Positions 1-11,158 of a stretch of DNA of 46,666 nt are shown here, one piece after another. The stretch comes from Vitrella brassicaformis CCMP3155. Taxonomy: Eukaryota > Protista > Chromerida. The stretch covers positions 1 to 46,666 of the forward strand of contig CDMY01000590.1 in assembly GCA_001179505.1 (NCBI GenBank). Direction: 5' to 3'. Made by a program: the position numbers and the translations under genes. Numbering within the stretch: position 1 is the stretch's first letter; every line of letters starts with the position of its first letter. A model generated the notes under the pieces. That model did not search any database, had not been told where the DNA came from, and saw only the letters and a list, made by a program, of their open reading frames with translations.

Positions 1-81
1 ATGCACCCTCGTGCTTCTCACTCAGGTATGCACCCTCGTGCTTCTCACTCAGGTATGCACCCTCGTGCTTCTCACTCGGGT
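1..81. repeat. 27-bp tandem repeat x3 (ATGCACCCTCGTGCTTCTCACTCAGGT), cut by the window edge
   Basis: Copies at 1-27, 28-54 and 55-81; the third has one A>G change. Confidence 0.95.
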
Positions 82-341
82 GAGTGTCGGCATCGATCTC
101 AACCCCCCGCGCAACACCCTCCGCCCCACACACGACAGGAGTGGCGCCTCATCACGCAGCCAGACGCACCACCACTGGCCCCCACACTCGTCTGGCGTCC
201 CAGAATCCAGCGAAACGCCGCCCCAAGGCATGAGGCGGGCGTATGGATCCCGATGCAGAGAAGGGCGCCGGGACAACCAGCACAGCCGCGACACACATAT
301 GGGTGGCAATCAGAGGTCGCCCACCAGGCCTGGCCCCACCA

Positions 342-396
342 TCTCAACAGCCCTCTCAACAGCCCTCTCAACAGCCCTCTCAACAGCCCTCTCAAC
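342..396 (+). repeat. 12-bp tandem repeat (TCTCAACAGCCC x~4.6) encoding SQQP repeats in the retroelement ORF N-terminus
   Basis: Read directly; followed by an RGG/GR-rich tract in the 243..1883 frame. Confidence 0.9.
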
Positions 397-2419
397 CGTC
401 CCAACCACCTTCACGACCCCCTCAGCCGCCAACAAACGCAAACAACCATGCCAGCAGCACGAGAGGGGGCAGAGGCGGTAGACGAGGCGGCAGAGGGTCA
501 GGGAGAGGACGGGGGAGGGGCCGGGGCGGGGGGCGGGGGCGTGTCGCGCCGAGAAGAGGAGGCGGCGATGGCGGGGACCCCGACGAGCCAGGCGACGACA
601 CGGGTGGGGGCGGTGATAGGGGAAACCACAATGGGGGCGGCAGCCGCCGCGCCGCATCAGCACGCAATGGCATGCGTGGGCCGACCAAGACGATCCCGGA
701 GAGAGGGCTGGCGCTCCTGAGGAACCGCACAGAGGAGCAGCACTCGGCGGCCTGGCGCATGGGCATCCCGACGGAGGCAAGGATCCCCCCACAGGCAAGG
801 ATCGACATGGCTGACGTGATGGAGGCGGCAGACGCGCTGGTCAGCCACGACGGCGACACCAACCAGCTGGACGACGGGTTCCTCCTGTTTCTGTACATCC
901 CTTTGTTGCTGCTGTTCTCAACCAAGAGAGGAGGGGCGGGAGGGAGGAGAAAGTGGGAGCGAAGATTTCGGCTGTTTTGGGAGGGGGAATGGGAGCTGCT
1001 GCTACGCGAGGGGGCCGATTTCGCACCAAAGAGCACCGAGACGACACCGGCCATCCACCCCACACCCGCCCACCCCACCCACGACACGGCAACGCAGAGG
1101 GCCTTCATGACAGCCAAGCGGCTAGTGGAGCCTGGGGAATTCACACGAGCGGCCAAGAAGCTGGACTCCACCCCAGTCGCCCCAGCTACGGAGGAGACAT
1201 ACGCCAAGCTGCAAGCCCTCCACCTCTCACGCAACACACCCGTCATCAAGCCGAACGTCAACGTGGAGCCCGAGGCATTCGACGTCTCACCCAAGATGCT
1301 CGCGAAGGCACTCCGCTCAGCAGCAAAAGGCGCAGCACCAGGGCCGTTCGGCTGGCGGTTCGAGTATCTGCTGGGCTACCTCAACTTGTCAAAGCATGGG
1401 CTCCGGCAGGGAGAGGAGCGCATCCCCTTCCCCAAGATCATCAGACGGCTGCTGAGCGCGAAGCTCCCACAGCTTGTCACCAAACTGCTCGGCACCGCAA
1501 ACCTGATGGCACTAACGAAAGGGCACGGCAAGGTGCGGCCGGTAGCGGTGGGGGATGCAGTGCGGCGATGGGTGACGAGAGCAGTGTGCATGCAGCACAA
1601 AACAAGATGGCCGCCTAGTACTTTGCCCCTCTCCAGTGCGCAGTCGGCACCCCAGCAGGCAACGAGAAGCTCTTCAAGGCCGCCGAGACATTCATCCAGA
1701 GCCGGAGGGAGAGCTAAAAGCGACTGCTCACAACGCTGGATTGCACGAACGCCTTCAACGAGGTGGACCGTCAGGCGATCGTCAACGAGCTCGCCAGCTA
1801 GTTCCCCGAGCTCTTTCACTTTCTCTGGCAGTTCTATGGAGAGCCGGCGGAGCTGTGGTATCGACTCGCAGACGGCAGAGTGAGGACCATCCTGAGCCAG
1901 CAAGGCACTCAGCAAGGAGACCCGGCCGGCCCCTTCCTCTTCTGTCTGGCCCTCCAGCCAGTACTCAAGGCCATCCAAGCCAGCTTTCCATGCGCCCTCA
2001 TACAAGCCTTCATGAACGACATCACACCGGGGGTCGACGAGAGCGAGGCAGACGGGGTGGTGGACAAGGCGGAGGAAGAGCTGCAGACTATCAGCCTCAA
2101 GCTGGCCAGGAAGAAGAGCAAGGCGTACGGCCCCCACTGGACGGACAGCGAGCCACCACCGGACGACCTGCTGCCTGGCTTTGAGAGGGAGGGGCTCTCG
2201 GGTGAGGGCATTGACATCTTGGGCGGGGCAACAGGGACGGACAGCTACGTCGCTAACAGGCTGCAGAGCGTCCTCGACTCCCACCGCCCCCTCATCGAAC
2301 GACTCAGGGCGTTCGCACACGAGCAGCGGCAGGACTCATCGCTCCTCTTCCGCTCTTGCGCAGTCCCACGGCTGTATTACTGGCTTCGTCTCCTTCCCCA
2401 GCGCCCTTCAACCACCGAG

Positions 2420-2719
2420 NNNNNNNNNNNNNNNNNNNNNNNNNNNNNNNNNNNNNNNNNNNNNNNNNNNNNNNNNNNNNNNNNNNNNNNNNNNNNNNNN
2501 NNNNNNNNNNNNNNNNNNNNNNNNNNNNNNNNNNNNNNNNNNNNNNNNNNNNNNNNNNNNNNNNNNNNNNNNNNNNNNNNNNNNNNNNNNNNNNNNNNNN
2601 NNNNNNNNNNNNNNNNNNNNNNNNNNNNNNNNNNNNNNNNNNNNNNNNNNNNNNNNNNNNNNNNNNNNNNNNNNNNNNNNNNNNNNNNNNNNNNNNNNNN
2701 NNNNNNNNNNNNNNNNNNN
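2420..2719. other. Assembly gap (300 N); further 300-N gaps at 13925-14224, 31455-31754 and 37759-38058
   Basis: N runs of identical length, so probably placeholders with unknown true size. Confidence 0.99.
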
Positions 2720-3496
2720 AGGGAGGGGGGGAGGGAGGGGGGGAGGGAGGGGAGGACGGATCGGCAGCAACACTGCAGCTGCCATGGCTACGGGCAGCGG
2801 AGTCGGCAAAAGAGAAGCTACTAGAGAAGCTGCCGGAGACGGAGGTGCCCACACTGGCCAAGCTGCTCGAGGGACGCACAAAGCCACGGCTACAACACGA
2901 TCTGACGGCCGGCCTGATGTGCATTGAAGCAGACGCCCTGCTGGACGAGTTCGGCGAGGAGTCAAGAGGCCGCGCACGGCTGAGGAGCTGTCGAGGCCCA
3001 GGAGCTAGCGGCTGGCTGACGACGGTCCCGGCGCACTCGGGCCTGCGCTTCACCAACGAGGATTTCGTCACTTGCTGCCGTCTGAGGATCGGCGCCACCC
3101 AACACCCTTCACTCGCATCGGACTTCTGCTCGTGCGGCACCCAGCTGGACCCCTACGGCGACCACCTCCTCTGCTGCGGCACAGGCAATGAGCGCATCTG
3201 GCGGCACGACCTGCTGTGCAAGGAGTGGCGACGCATCATCAGAAGCGTCCAGATCGCCGTCGACCGAGAGGTCAACCTGGCGCATCTGGGCGTCTACCCG
3301 GCCACCAACGATCCAGACGGCAAACGGATCGACCTCTACTGGGTGGAGGAGGAAAAAGGCATGCTCGGCGACGTCACCATCGCCCACCCCACACGCCCCG
3401 ATCCCTTCACCAACAGACACCACGCGGCCACCAACAGACAGAACGGAGCAGAAGACGGCAAGGCGCTGCACAACGCGGCCGACAGGAAGCACAGCA

Positions 3497-3867
3497 ATGA
3501 ATGCAACCGGGCCTGACGTTTTTGCTGTGGCTCGCCCAGTGGGCAAGAAGCGTCCGATCAGGGTTTGCTGCTAGCCGTTCTTTCCTGTTCGCTTCCAAGC
3601 TATTCAGCTTGACACACTGAAGCAAGGCGAGTCAGTGAGGTTGGTTGGTAGAGATTCCCTTCGGTAGAAGCGCTCACCGCGCGCCCATTGGCTTTACTCA
3701 CTGATGCGCTGACTCTGACTGCCTCGTGAATGATGGTTGGGAGCGTGCTTGAGATCGGAAGAGCCACCTCGAGATCTGCTGGAGCACACGCAACGGGACG
3801 GCAAATGACGTCTTGACTTGTCTTGAAGTGTCCGAGCAGAACCGCAACGGAATCAGCTACAGAAAAG
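3497..3867. repeat. ~370-bp dispersed repeat, copy 1
   Basis: ATGAATGCAACCGGGCCTGACG...ATCAGCTACAGAAAAG; near-identical to 4381-4815 and similar to 28715-29070. Confidence 0.95.
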
Positions 3868-4814
3868 CTGCACTCGGCCATATTACCGCTTCTGTGTCGG
3901 GGTCGAGTTGATGGTGTATCTGTGATGGTGAAGAGCGGAGATGGTGGGCATGATGGACGACGACTTGGTGATGTGGACGTGCTGACGACGAGGAGCTGTT
4001 CGACATATGTTACTCTTTCCCCTTCCCTCTACCTTCGTGCTTTGCTGCATCGGGATGGGCACGACAAGGAGCAGCTCGACACGGCAGCGAATGACCAGCA
4101 CGTCATGACCGAACAAGCAGAGCCGAGAAGTGGAGAAGATGCAGAGACGAGAAGAGGAGTGAAGAAGCAGAAACGAGAAGAGGAGCGTGTCTGTCTTTAC
4201 ACGACATGGTGGCTGACTATGTCTGTGCGTCACAGTGAATGAATGGGGATGGGAGAGGTTGTGCGTTGGTATTGAGAAGGCAGACAGAGAGCACCCATCT
4301 GGGGAAGAACGCGTGTCTGATTGTCTTGTCAGCTAGCATCGACTCACTGTCTCTCTCATCTTTGCTTGCTTGCTGTGTACATGAATGCAACCGGGCCTGA
4401 CGTTTTTGCTGTGGCTCGCCCAGTGGGCAAGAAGCGTCCGATCAGGATTTGCTGCTAGCCGTTCTTTCCTGTTCGCTTCCAAGCTATTCAGCTTGACACA
4501 CTGAAGCAAGGCGAGTCAGTGTTTGCTGCTAGCCGTTCTTTCCTGTTCGCTTCCAAGCTATTCAGCTTGACACACTGAAGCAAGGCGAGTCAGTGAGGTT
4601 GGTTGGGAGAGATTCCCTTCCGTAGAAGCGCCCATTGGCTTTACTCAGTGATGCGCTGACTCTGACTGCCTCGTGAATGATGGTTGGGAGCGTGCTTGAG
4701 ATCGGAAGAGCCACCTCGAGATCTGCTGGAGCACACGCAACGGGACGGCAAATGACGTCTTGACTTGTCTTGAAGTGTCCGAGCAGAACCGCAAACGGAA
4801 TCAGCTACAGAAAA
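3498..4814. mobile_element. Composite insertion: repeat copy 1 + 513-bp unrelated spacer + repeat copy 2, inside the CRE-like ORF
   Basis: Deleting 3498-4814 rejoins CACAGCAA|GTACGGC and restores the reading ADRKHSKYGTEAR (K..KY motif of RLE elements) in frame with ORF 4915..5142. Confidence 0.85.
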
Positions 4815-4815
4815 G
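4381..4815. repeat. ~370-bp dispersed repeat, copy 2, with an internal 74-bp tandem duplication (4448-4521 / 4522-4595)
   Basis: Same termini as copy 1; has an 11-bp deletion and a few substitutions relative to copy 1. Confidence 0.95.
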
Positions 4816-6284
4816 TACGGCACAGAGGCGAGAGCAAGCAACTTCACCATCGTCCCACTGTCGGCGGAGAGCTACGGACGGTGGAAGGACGAGGCGGCTG
4901 CCCTTCTCAACCGTATGGCCCGGCACATGCGGCCACCCGTCTACATGGAGGAGGGCGATGTGGAGTTTTTCCGTGAGACAGCAGTGGAGAGGTGGTGGGC
5001 TCGACTTAGTGTGCTGCTGCAGAAGGGCAACGCACACATGGTGCGGAGCAGGGCGTGGCGGGCAAGCAGGTGGAATGGGCAGGAGAGGGCGGGTTTTCCT
5101 GAGGGGCTGTTGCTAGAGCGGGGGCCTTTCCACCCTCGTTGATTGCAGGGGGTGGGTGGGTGGGTGTGCCTGGGTAGGTAGCGAATGCTTTGATCGTTGC
5201 TGTCAATAGTTTGGATGCGAACATGTAATCGACCGTCCCAGCGCATGGACACACGGACAATCTTACCCTTAACCACCACCAAATGGACAGTGGCGAGTCC
5301 GACGCGGAGAGCCAGCGCGTTTCCGGAGGACTTCGTCAGCCGCGGGCCATACAGTCCACAGTGACTCCACACACCAGCCCCGCTTCGGTGAGGTGGCTGG
5401 CTGGATTTGGATGCAAAGTGTGTCCCGTGTGTGTCCGTTGTGGTGCATGTCTCGCGCTTGTTTGCAGTGTCAAGTGATGCATTTGTTTGCAGTCTATGAG
5501 CGTTGTCCATTGTCTTTGCATGTATTGTTCCCCCTAGATGGCTTGATACGAAGTGATGCTTAGACGAACGTCGTCGCCCGTTCATGTATTCTAAACCCCC
5601 CAACAGCTCGCTGTGAATGCACTGCTCTGTGCATTCATGCGCTCATTATGGAAAAGAAACACACGCACACAGAGAGCAGAGACGCTTTCCCATGGAAAAA
5701 CAGATGACCAGAGGGTGTCTGTTACATGCAAGTGGACTGGTCGCAGCACAATACTCGTGAAACATGAGAAACGAAGACATGGATGGAAGTTGTCGATTTC
5801 TAGCGAATGGGCGTTGAGAACACACTTTCCTCTGAGAGCGGTTCATCGTCGCATTCGTACTGTCCTCGCGCAGCACACGTCCACAAAAGCACACAATGCA
5901 GACACATGACACTGCGTCCGACAAAATGTGTACACCGCCCTTATCGAGAGCCCAGCCTCCTCACTGCACAAACAAGGAAGAAACCGCGGGCAGGCACCCG
6001 TCACCAAACATGACCTTTACATGAGCGTTAGCATGCAAGCGAATGAAAAACACACGAGTACATACGAGTACTCCCCGCCCTCACCCCTAGATCGGCTTTG
6101 CCTGAAACGCAGTTCCATCGACAGAGGGACGCACGAACTGCGGCTAAAACACACCCCCGCCATTCCCATTTTCCATCCGTGTTGATGAATTGTACAGACG
6201 CTCGCTGTTGATACACTGACGCTCGCTGTTGATACACTGGGCTGTGCATACATATCATTGAGCACTTGTGCTTGATTCAATGGT

Positions 6285-6593
6285 CTATATCAATACAGGC
6301 TGCAGATTGTTCTCGTCAACTGCAGTGCCGTGGAAGTTGTAATCCTCGTCTCGGGACGGAGGCGTCGGCTGCTGTGCCTTCTTCTTCTTCTTCGTCTTGC
6401 TCGTCGTGTTGGTCGTTGCAGACGGTGTCTGCGGCTGTGTCGATGGCGACTCGCTTCGCAGTGGAATTGGTGGCTCTTCTGCCCGAAGGACGTCGGCCGA
6501 CGAGTCTGGCTCAACCGCGTCAGACCAGCCGAAGCGACTCCCCAGGCGACTCGCCAGAAGCCTGCGCACGTCTCGAGCGATCAACGACAGCAA
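6285..6593 (-). CDS. Probable exon of an unresolved minus-strand gene (S/T/P- and K-rich, ending DEDYNFHGTAVDENNLQP)
   Basis: Open frame of 102 codons preceded by a CCTCAG acceptor-like site; splice-like signals continue toward ~5500. No start codon or family recognised. Confidence 0.3.
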   Translation of the reverse strand: MLSLIARDVRRLLASRLGSRFGWSDAVEPDSSADVLRAEEPPIPLRSESPSTQPQTPSATTNTTSKTKKKKKAQQPTPPSRDEDYNFHGTAVDENNLQPVLI

Positions 6594-6649
6594 CTGAGGC
6601 TCATCTGTGTGTGCACATTCAAGAGCGAAGCTATGTCTGTTCCACTCTG

Positions 6650-7474
6650 TTACATGTCTTGTTGACCTGCTTTGCTGCTGTCGGCACCCTCCTGCAGCCA
6701 GCCCTCGTGGCCCGCCGCCTTCAGGTACCTAAGAGAGCGGCCCGTAGATGCATTCAGGTCGATGCATGGCTCTGTTGATCTCTAGTATTGACGCACCATA
6801 TGAGGTCGATGCGCTCCTGCCAATCATCAATACCTGCGCACACATGCGCACAGGACAGCGCACAATACGGTGAGAAGTGTTCGGTTCAGGCACAGGGAAG
6901 TGCTCAAGTTGATGTGATACCTCTGAAGTTCATTGACGTGCCCTCCGAGGTGCCCTCCAACGTGAACCACCGCGGGTTCCGCCTGAATCGCGAATCAGAT
7001 TGGGTTGTGAACAATGGGGTCTCTGGTTGGTTCCTACAAGTAGCGCATGAGATTGATGTCGGTCCAGAGCAGCCCAGATTCTCGCATGGTCTTGGATGGC
7101 CCCAGCACTGCTCTACGATCGTTGCCCGCTGTTCTACCGTAGACACCGTACAGCGACGGTCCTGCAACAGGGGAATGCAGAGGCGCGTGCAATGATACCA
7201 TGATATATATGCCTACCTATTTTCCCCCGTCCGGCCGAGACGCGGCCGTCTTTCCTGATGGTGTGGCACTGCGCACACTTGAGTTTCTGCGACAGCAGCG
7301 ACAGCAGGCACAAGAGATGGGAAAACAAGGTAACGCCCAGAGTGACAATACAGCAGCCTATCATCACTGTCTGCTTACGAATATGAGCGCCCCTCTCGCA
7401 ATGTCTGCTTGCTCAACAGGTGGCAGTATGAAGTCGTCGGGCACATCATCGTCATCGAACGGCTTGAAACGCAT
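6650..7474 (-). CDS. cyt c-2: Divergent mitochondrial-type cytochrome c, apicomplexan cytochrome c-2 type (~155 aa, 6 exons)
   Basis: Exons 7474-7379, 7286-7217, 7161-7038, 6982-6921, 6833-6797 and 6728-6650 join in phase through GT-AG introns: MRFKPFDDDDVPDDFILPP..RGALIFKLKCAQCHT..GPSLYGVYGRTAG..SGLLWTDINLMRYLRNP..SMNFRGIDDWQERIDLIWYLK. CXXCH at 7263-7277. The N- and C-terminal limits are less certain. Confidence 0.9.
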
Positions 7475-7985
7475 AGGGCGTTCCGTGAAGGCTCTTTGTG
7501 CTTGGTATCTCGCTTGACCACTGTGTATACGTGTTGACCTTGCCGTTTCACCGTCTGCAAATAGCCTTCTGCTTTCTGTCCCGCCTGAACTACTTATACT
7601 GGACAAGATCGCGTGGGCGGCCGCCTTCGGCGGCCGTGCGTTCGCAGGAGTCTCGTTGTTCAATTAGTGCCGTGGGTTGCCGCGGGGGAGGCGTGGTTAC
7701 ACACGGTTCGTCCCGCCTTACCTTTTCTGTGTTTGTTTCACGCCTACCCGAACACGAAAAAGGATTTCCGCTTTTCAATCATCTCCTCGCGCCGCATCTT
7801 CTGCATCTGTTGTACGCCTTTCTGGTGGAGCGCGAGGTTTTTCCTTTTGGGCGGTTCGACCTCTCACAGCCCGAAGGGTTTGAGGGGTCTAGGGTTTGAA
7901 GTTTCCCCCAAGAGAGCGCGAGTAACACAGTGAGGCAGCAGCCGTCCCAAGGAAGTACGAGGAAAGACGACAAGAAGAAAAAACT
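7475..7985. promoter_or_regulatory. Putative bidirectional promoter between cytochrome c-2 (-) and Sec61 alpha (+)
   Basis: Head-to-head start codons 511 bp apart; 8-bp GC hairpin CGGCCGCC-TTC-GGCGGCCG at 7618-7636; two AGGGTTT heptamers near 7876 and 7891. Confidence 0.55.
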
Positions 7986-10458
7986 ATGTCCGGCAAATGT
8001 AAGCGCCAACAAGATGAAGTGAGGCCCAGGTGCACAAGAGAAACACAGCCCAGACCCATGAGGACAACGCTAGTGTGTGTGGCTCTCTTGCTGTTCTCCC
8101 CGTCACTCAGTTCGGTTCTTGAATCTGATCAAGCCTGTCATGTGTGTGCTGCCCGAAGTCAGCACACCCGACAGGAAGGTAACTGACAATGCCGATAGCA
8201 GAAAACCATCCTCTGCGTGCGACACTCTGGCTCCTTCCATTACCATTCAGATTCCGTTCAAGGAGAAGATCTTGTGGACGGCCATCTCGCTGTTCATCTT
8301 TCTGGTGTGCTGCCAGATCCCCCTCTACGGCATCATGACGTCCAAGTCAGCCGACCCTTTTTACTGGATGAGGGTCATTCTGGCCAGCAACAGGGGCACC
8401 CTCATGGAACTCGGCATCAGCCCAATCGTCACCAGTGGCATGGTCATGCAGCTCCTCGCCGGCAGCAAAATCATCGACGTCGATCAGAGCCTCAAGGAAG
8501 ACAGGGCACTCTTCAGTGGAGCACAGAAACGTACGGACGCACGCACCCACGGGGACATCAAACACGCACGACTCAATGCCTTTGGGTTCATTGTTTTCAG
8601 TGTTCGGAATGCTGATAACGATTGGCGAGGCGATAGCGTATGTGGTCAGCGGGATGTATGGCGACCTCAAGGAGCTGGGCGCGGGCAACGCCATTCTGAT
8701 CATCCTGCAGCTCTTCTTCGCGGGGCTGATCGTCATCATCCTGGATGAACTCCTCCAGAAAGGCTATGGGCTGGGCAGCGGCATCTCTTTATTCATCGCA
8801 ACCAACATTTGCGAGTCCATCGTCTGGAAGGTGAGCGCAGCTGCGCGCGCTCAGGCGCGCAAGGTGCACACGTATGTTGTGTGTATGGTACCATGTGCAG
8901 GCGTTCAGCCCCACTACGATCAACACGGGCAAAGGCACAGAGTTTGAGGGCGCCGTCATAGCGCTTTTCCACCTGCTCGTCACCAAGGAAAACAAAGTGG
9001 CAGCTGTCAGAGAGGTGAACCAAAACCAAGGCACTCGTGCGCACATGCCGCCAAGTCGCATCCTCTCGCCCCATGTCTTCGTTGCAGGCCTTCTACCGCA
9101 GCAATGCTCCCAACGTGACGAATCTGTTGGCGACAGTGTTGGTGTTTCTGATAGTCATCTACTTCCAGGGGTTCCGTGTGGACCTGGCTGTCAAGTACCA
9201 GAAGGTCCGCGGGCAGCAGGGGTCCTACCCCATCAAGCTGTTCTACACCTCAAACATTCCTATCATCCTCCAAACGGCACTGGTCGAATGGGCGACACAC
9301 ACCTTCACACGCAGAGGAAGGAGGGAGAGAGAGGGAGGGGAAGGGGAACATATGTGGAAACGTGTACGTGCATGTAGGTGTCGAATTTGTACTTCTTCTC
9401 GCAACTGCTGTATCGTCGGTTCAAGTCCAACATGCTCGTCAATCTGCTAGGACAGTGGCAGGTCCGGAAGACATGTGGTGCAGGAACCATCAACCGATGG
9501 CTGTTTGCCCGCTTCTGTCAGGATATGGACCAAATGGGTCACTCGGTGCCTGTGGGCGGCCTCGCCTACTACATCTCACCACCAGAGTCACTGCAGAAAA
9601 TCGGTACAACATATGGCAAAGCAATACGGGTCAATCGGTGTCAACACATTGTGGCCCTTTATCGATCACTCAGTGGATGACCCAGTGCATGCCTTTGTGT
9701 ACATCGCATTCGTTCTCGTGTCGTGCGCGCTGTTCTCGAAGGTCAGCCAACCAGGCATGCAGTCAGCCAAACATGACCATGTTCTCTTTGTGGCCTTGTT
9801 GGCTGCCTGTCATGTGCCATGGATGCATCCATCAGACATGGATAGAGGTGAGCGGTTCGTCAGCCCGTGACGTGGCCAAGCAGCTGCGGGACCAACAGAT
9901 GGTCATGAAAGGACACAGAGACTCCTCACTCGTCCAAGTACTCAACAGGTACGATCCATCTGTCTGACAAACGCCGGGCGCACTTCCAACGTGTTTCTAC
10001 TACTGTTGTGCCTGTCTGTCTGTCTGTCTTTGTGTGTGTAGGTATATTCCGACAGCTGCGGCGTTTGGCGGGATGTGCATCGGGGCGCTGACCATCGTGG
10101 CTGACTTCCTCGGCGCCATCGGATCGGGAACAGGTCTGGTGCACAGTGTACCGCAGTGCAGGGTGTGCAAGTCCATGTATAGGTGTGCGTGTACATGTGT
10201 GGTGTGTAGGCATCTTGTTGGCGGTGACGATCATCTACCAGTACTTCGAGATGTTTGTCAAGGTCAGCCAATGAACCGTCAGCCATCGTATCACTCATTG
10301 TTTGTTTCACTCCTTGTTTGTACACTTGCACACCCATACTCCTCTGACAAAAGGAGAAAGAACAAGGTAAGTTACTCAGTCAGTCGTGAAGACGACCTGC
10401 ATGCCTTCGTACTGCTGTTCTTTCCCCCATCGCTCTTGCAGGTGCGACCCTTTTCTGA
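7986..10458 (+). CDS. SEC61A: Protein transport protein Sec61 subunit alpha, multi-exon
   Basis: MSGK|[139 protein letters not shown]|GATLF*; GT-AG introns throughout. Confidence 0.98.
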
Positions 10459-11158
10459 CGGATGGGTGCATCCCCGTCCATCGAAGCGCCCACCCCTTCC
10501 CGAGCGTCGTGATGGTGCAGTCGACGGACAGAAAGACAGACAGACAGTTGACCGTAAGGGCTGGTTTCGTGTATTGGTAGGTATGTAATTCGTCCATTCG
10601 ATACGTTGATGGTGCGTCAGGTGGCAATTATATATGGTCCACGTATGCTGATTGGATGATGTGGGTGTCGCGAATGACACAACATGCATAGGTGCGACAC
10701 GTTCGTCGAATCGTGTGGCTCTCTTGCTGGCGTCATCGCAATATGGATGGAAACGCACTCACATGTGCACGGGACCCGCCAGAAGATATCCCACGTATGT
10801 ACATCAATCAGCCGCGACATTGTGCCAGGAGGGCGTCGCCCGCACATGCCGAGTGGTCTCGGATAGACGGTGGCCGAAATCCACAGAGATACCGGGGAGA
10901 CACGGGGAGAAGATAGGGGGCAGTTTCTATTTTTCGTGTCGCTCCTACTCATGTAAACAATTGCATGTAAACTTGAAGTGGCCCGGCACGGAACTCAGGA
11001 GTACGGGCACGGAACTCAGGAGTCATCAGGGAGCACTCAGCAGGCGTCAGAGGCCCGGCTACCCACCTTCGAAACTCGGTTTTCCATTGCAAAGGCCCGG
11101 TGCCCGCAGCTGGTTTCTGTGGGGCGTCCCTGTCTGGGTTTCTGTACAGGGAGCACCG

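Larger units (their letters stand above)
243..5142 (+). mobile_element. Inactivated non-LTR retrotransposon, CRE-like clade (RT + CCHC knuckle + restriction-like endonuclease), interrupted by a nested insertion
   Basis: RT motifs KVRPVAVGDAVRRW, LDCTNAFNEVDR, GTQQGDPAGPFLF and FMND (2009-2020, degenerate YxDD). C-terminal RARLRS..GPGASGWL, CSCG..D.YGDHLLCC, RHD, RIDL...DVTIAHP. After the insert the ORF resumes as KYGTEAR..IVPLSAESYGRW..RLSVLLQKGNA to TGA 5140-5142. Lesions: frameshift in the A-run 1599-1602; stops at 1616, 1715 and 1799. N gap at 2420-2719. Confidence 0.9.

Noticed and set aside
1616-2017. Three stops (TAG, TAA, TAG) and a D>N change in the CRE RT, suggesting RIP-like CpA>TpA mutation
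   Set aside because: C>T nonsense changes must come from CAA/CAG/CGA, so the context is forced by the code; the D>N change is not in a CpA context; no consensus is available for counting.
6197-6238. Short two-copy tandem duplications (21 bp here; 21 bp at ~10985-11023; 23 bp at 45605-45650)
   Set aside because: Ordinary slippage duplications with no further structure.
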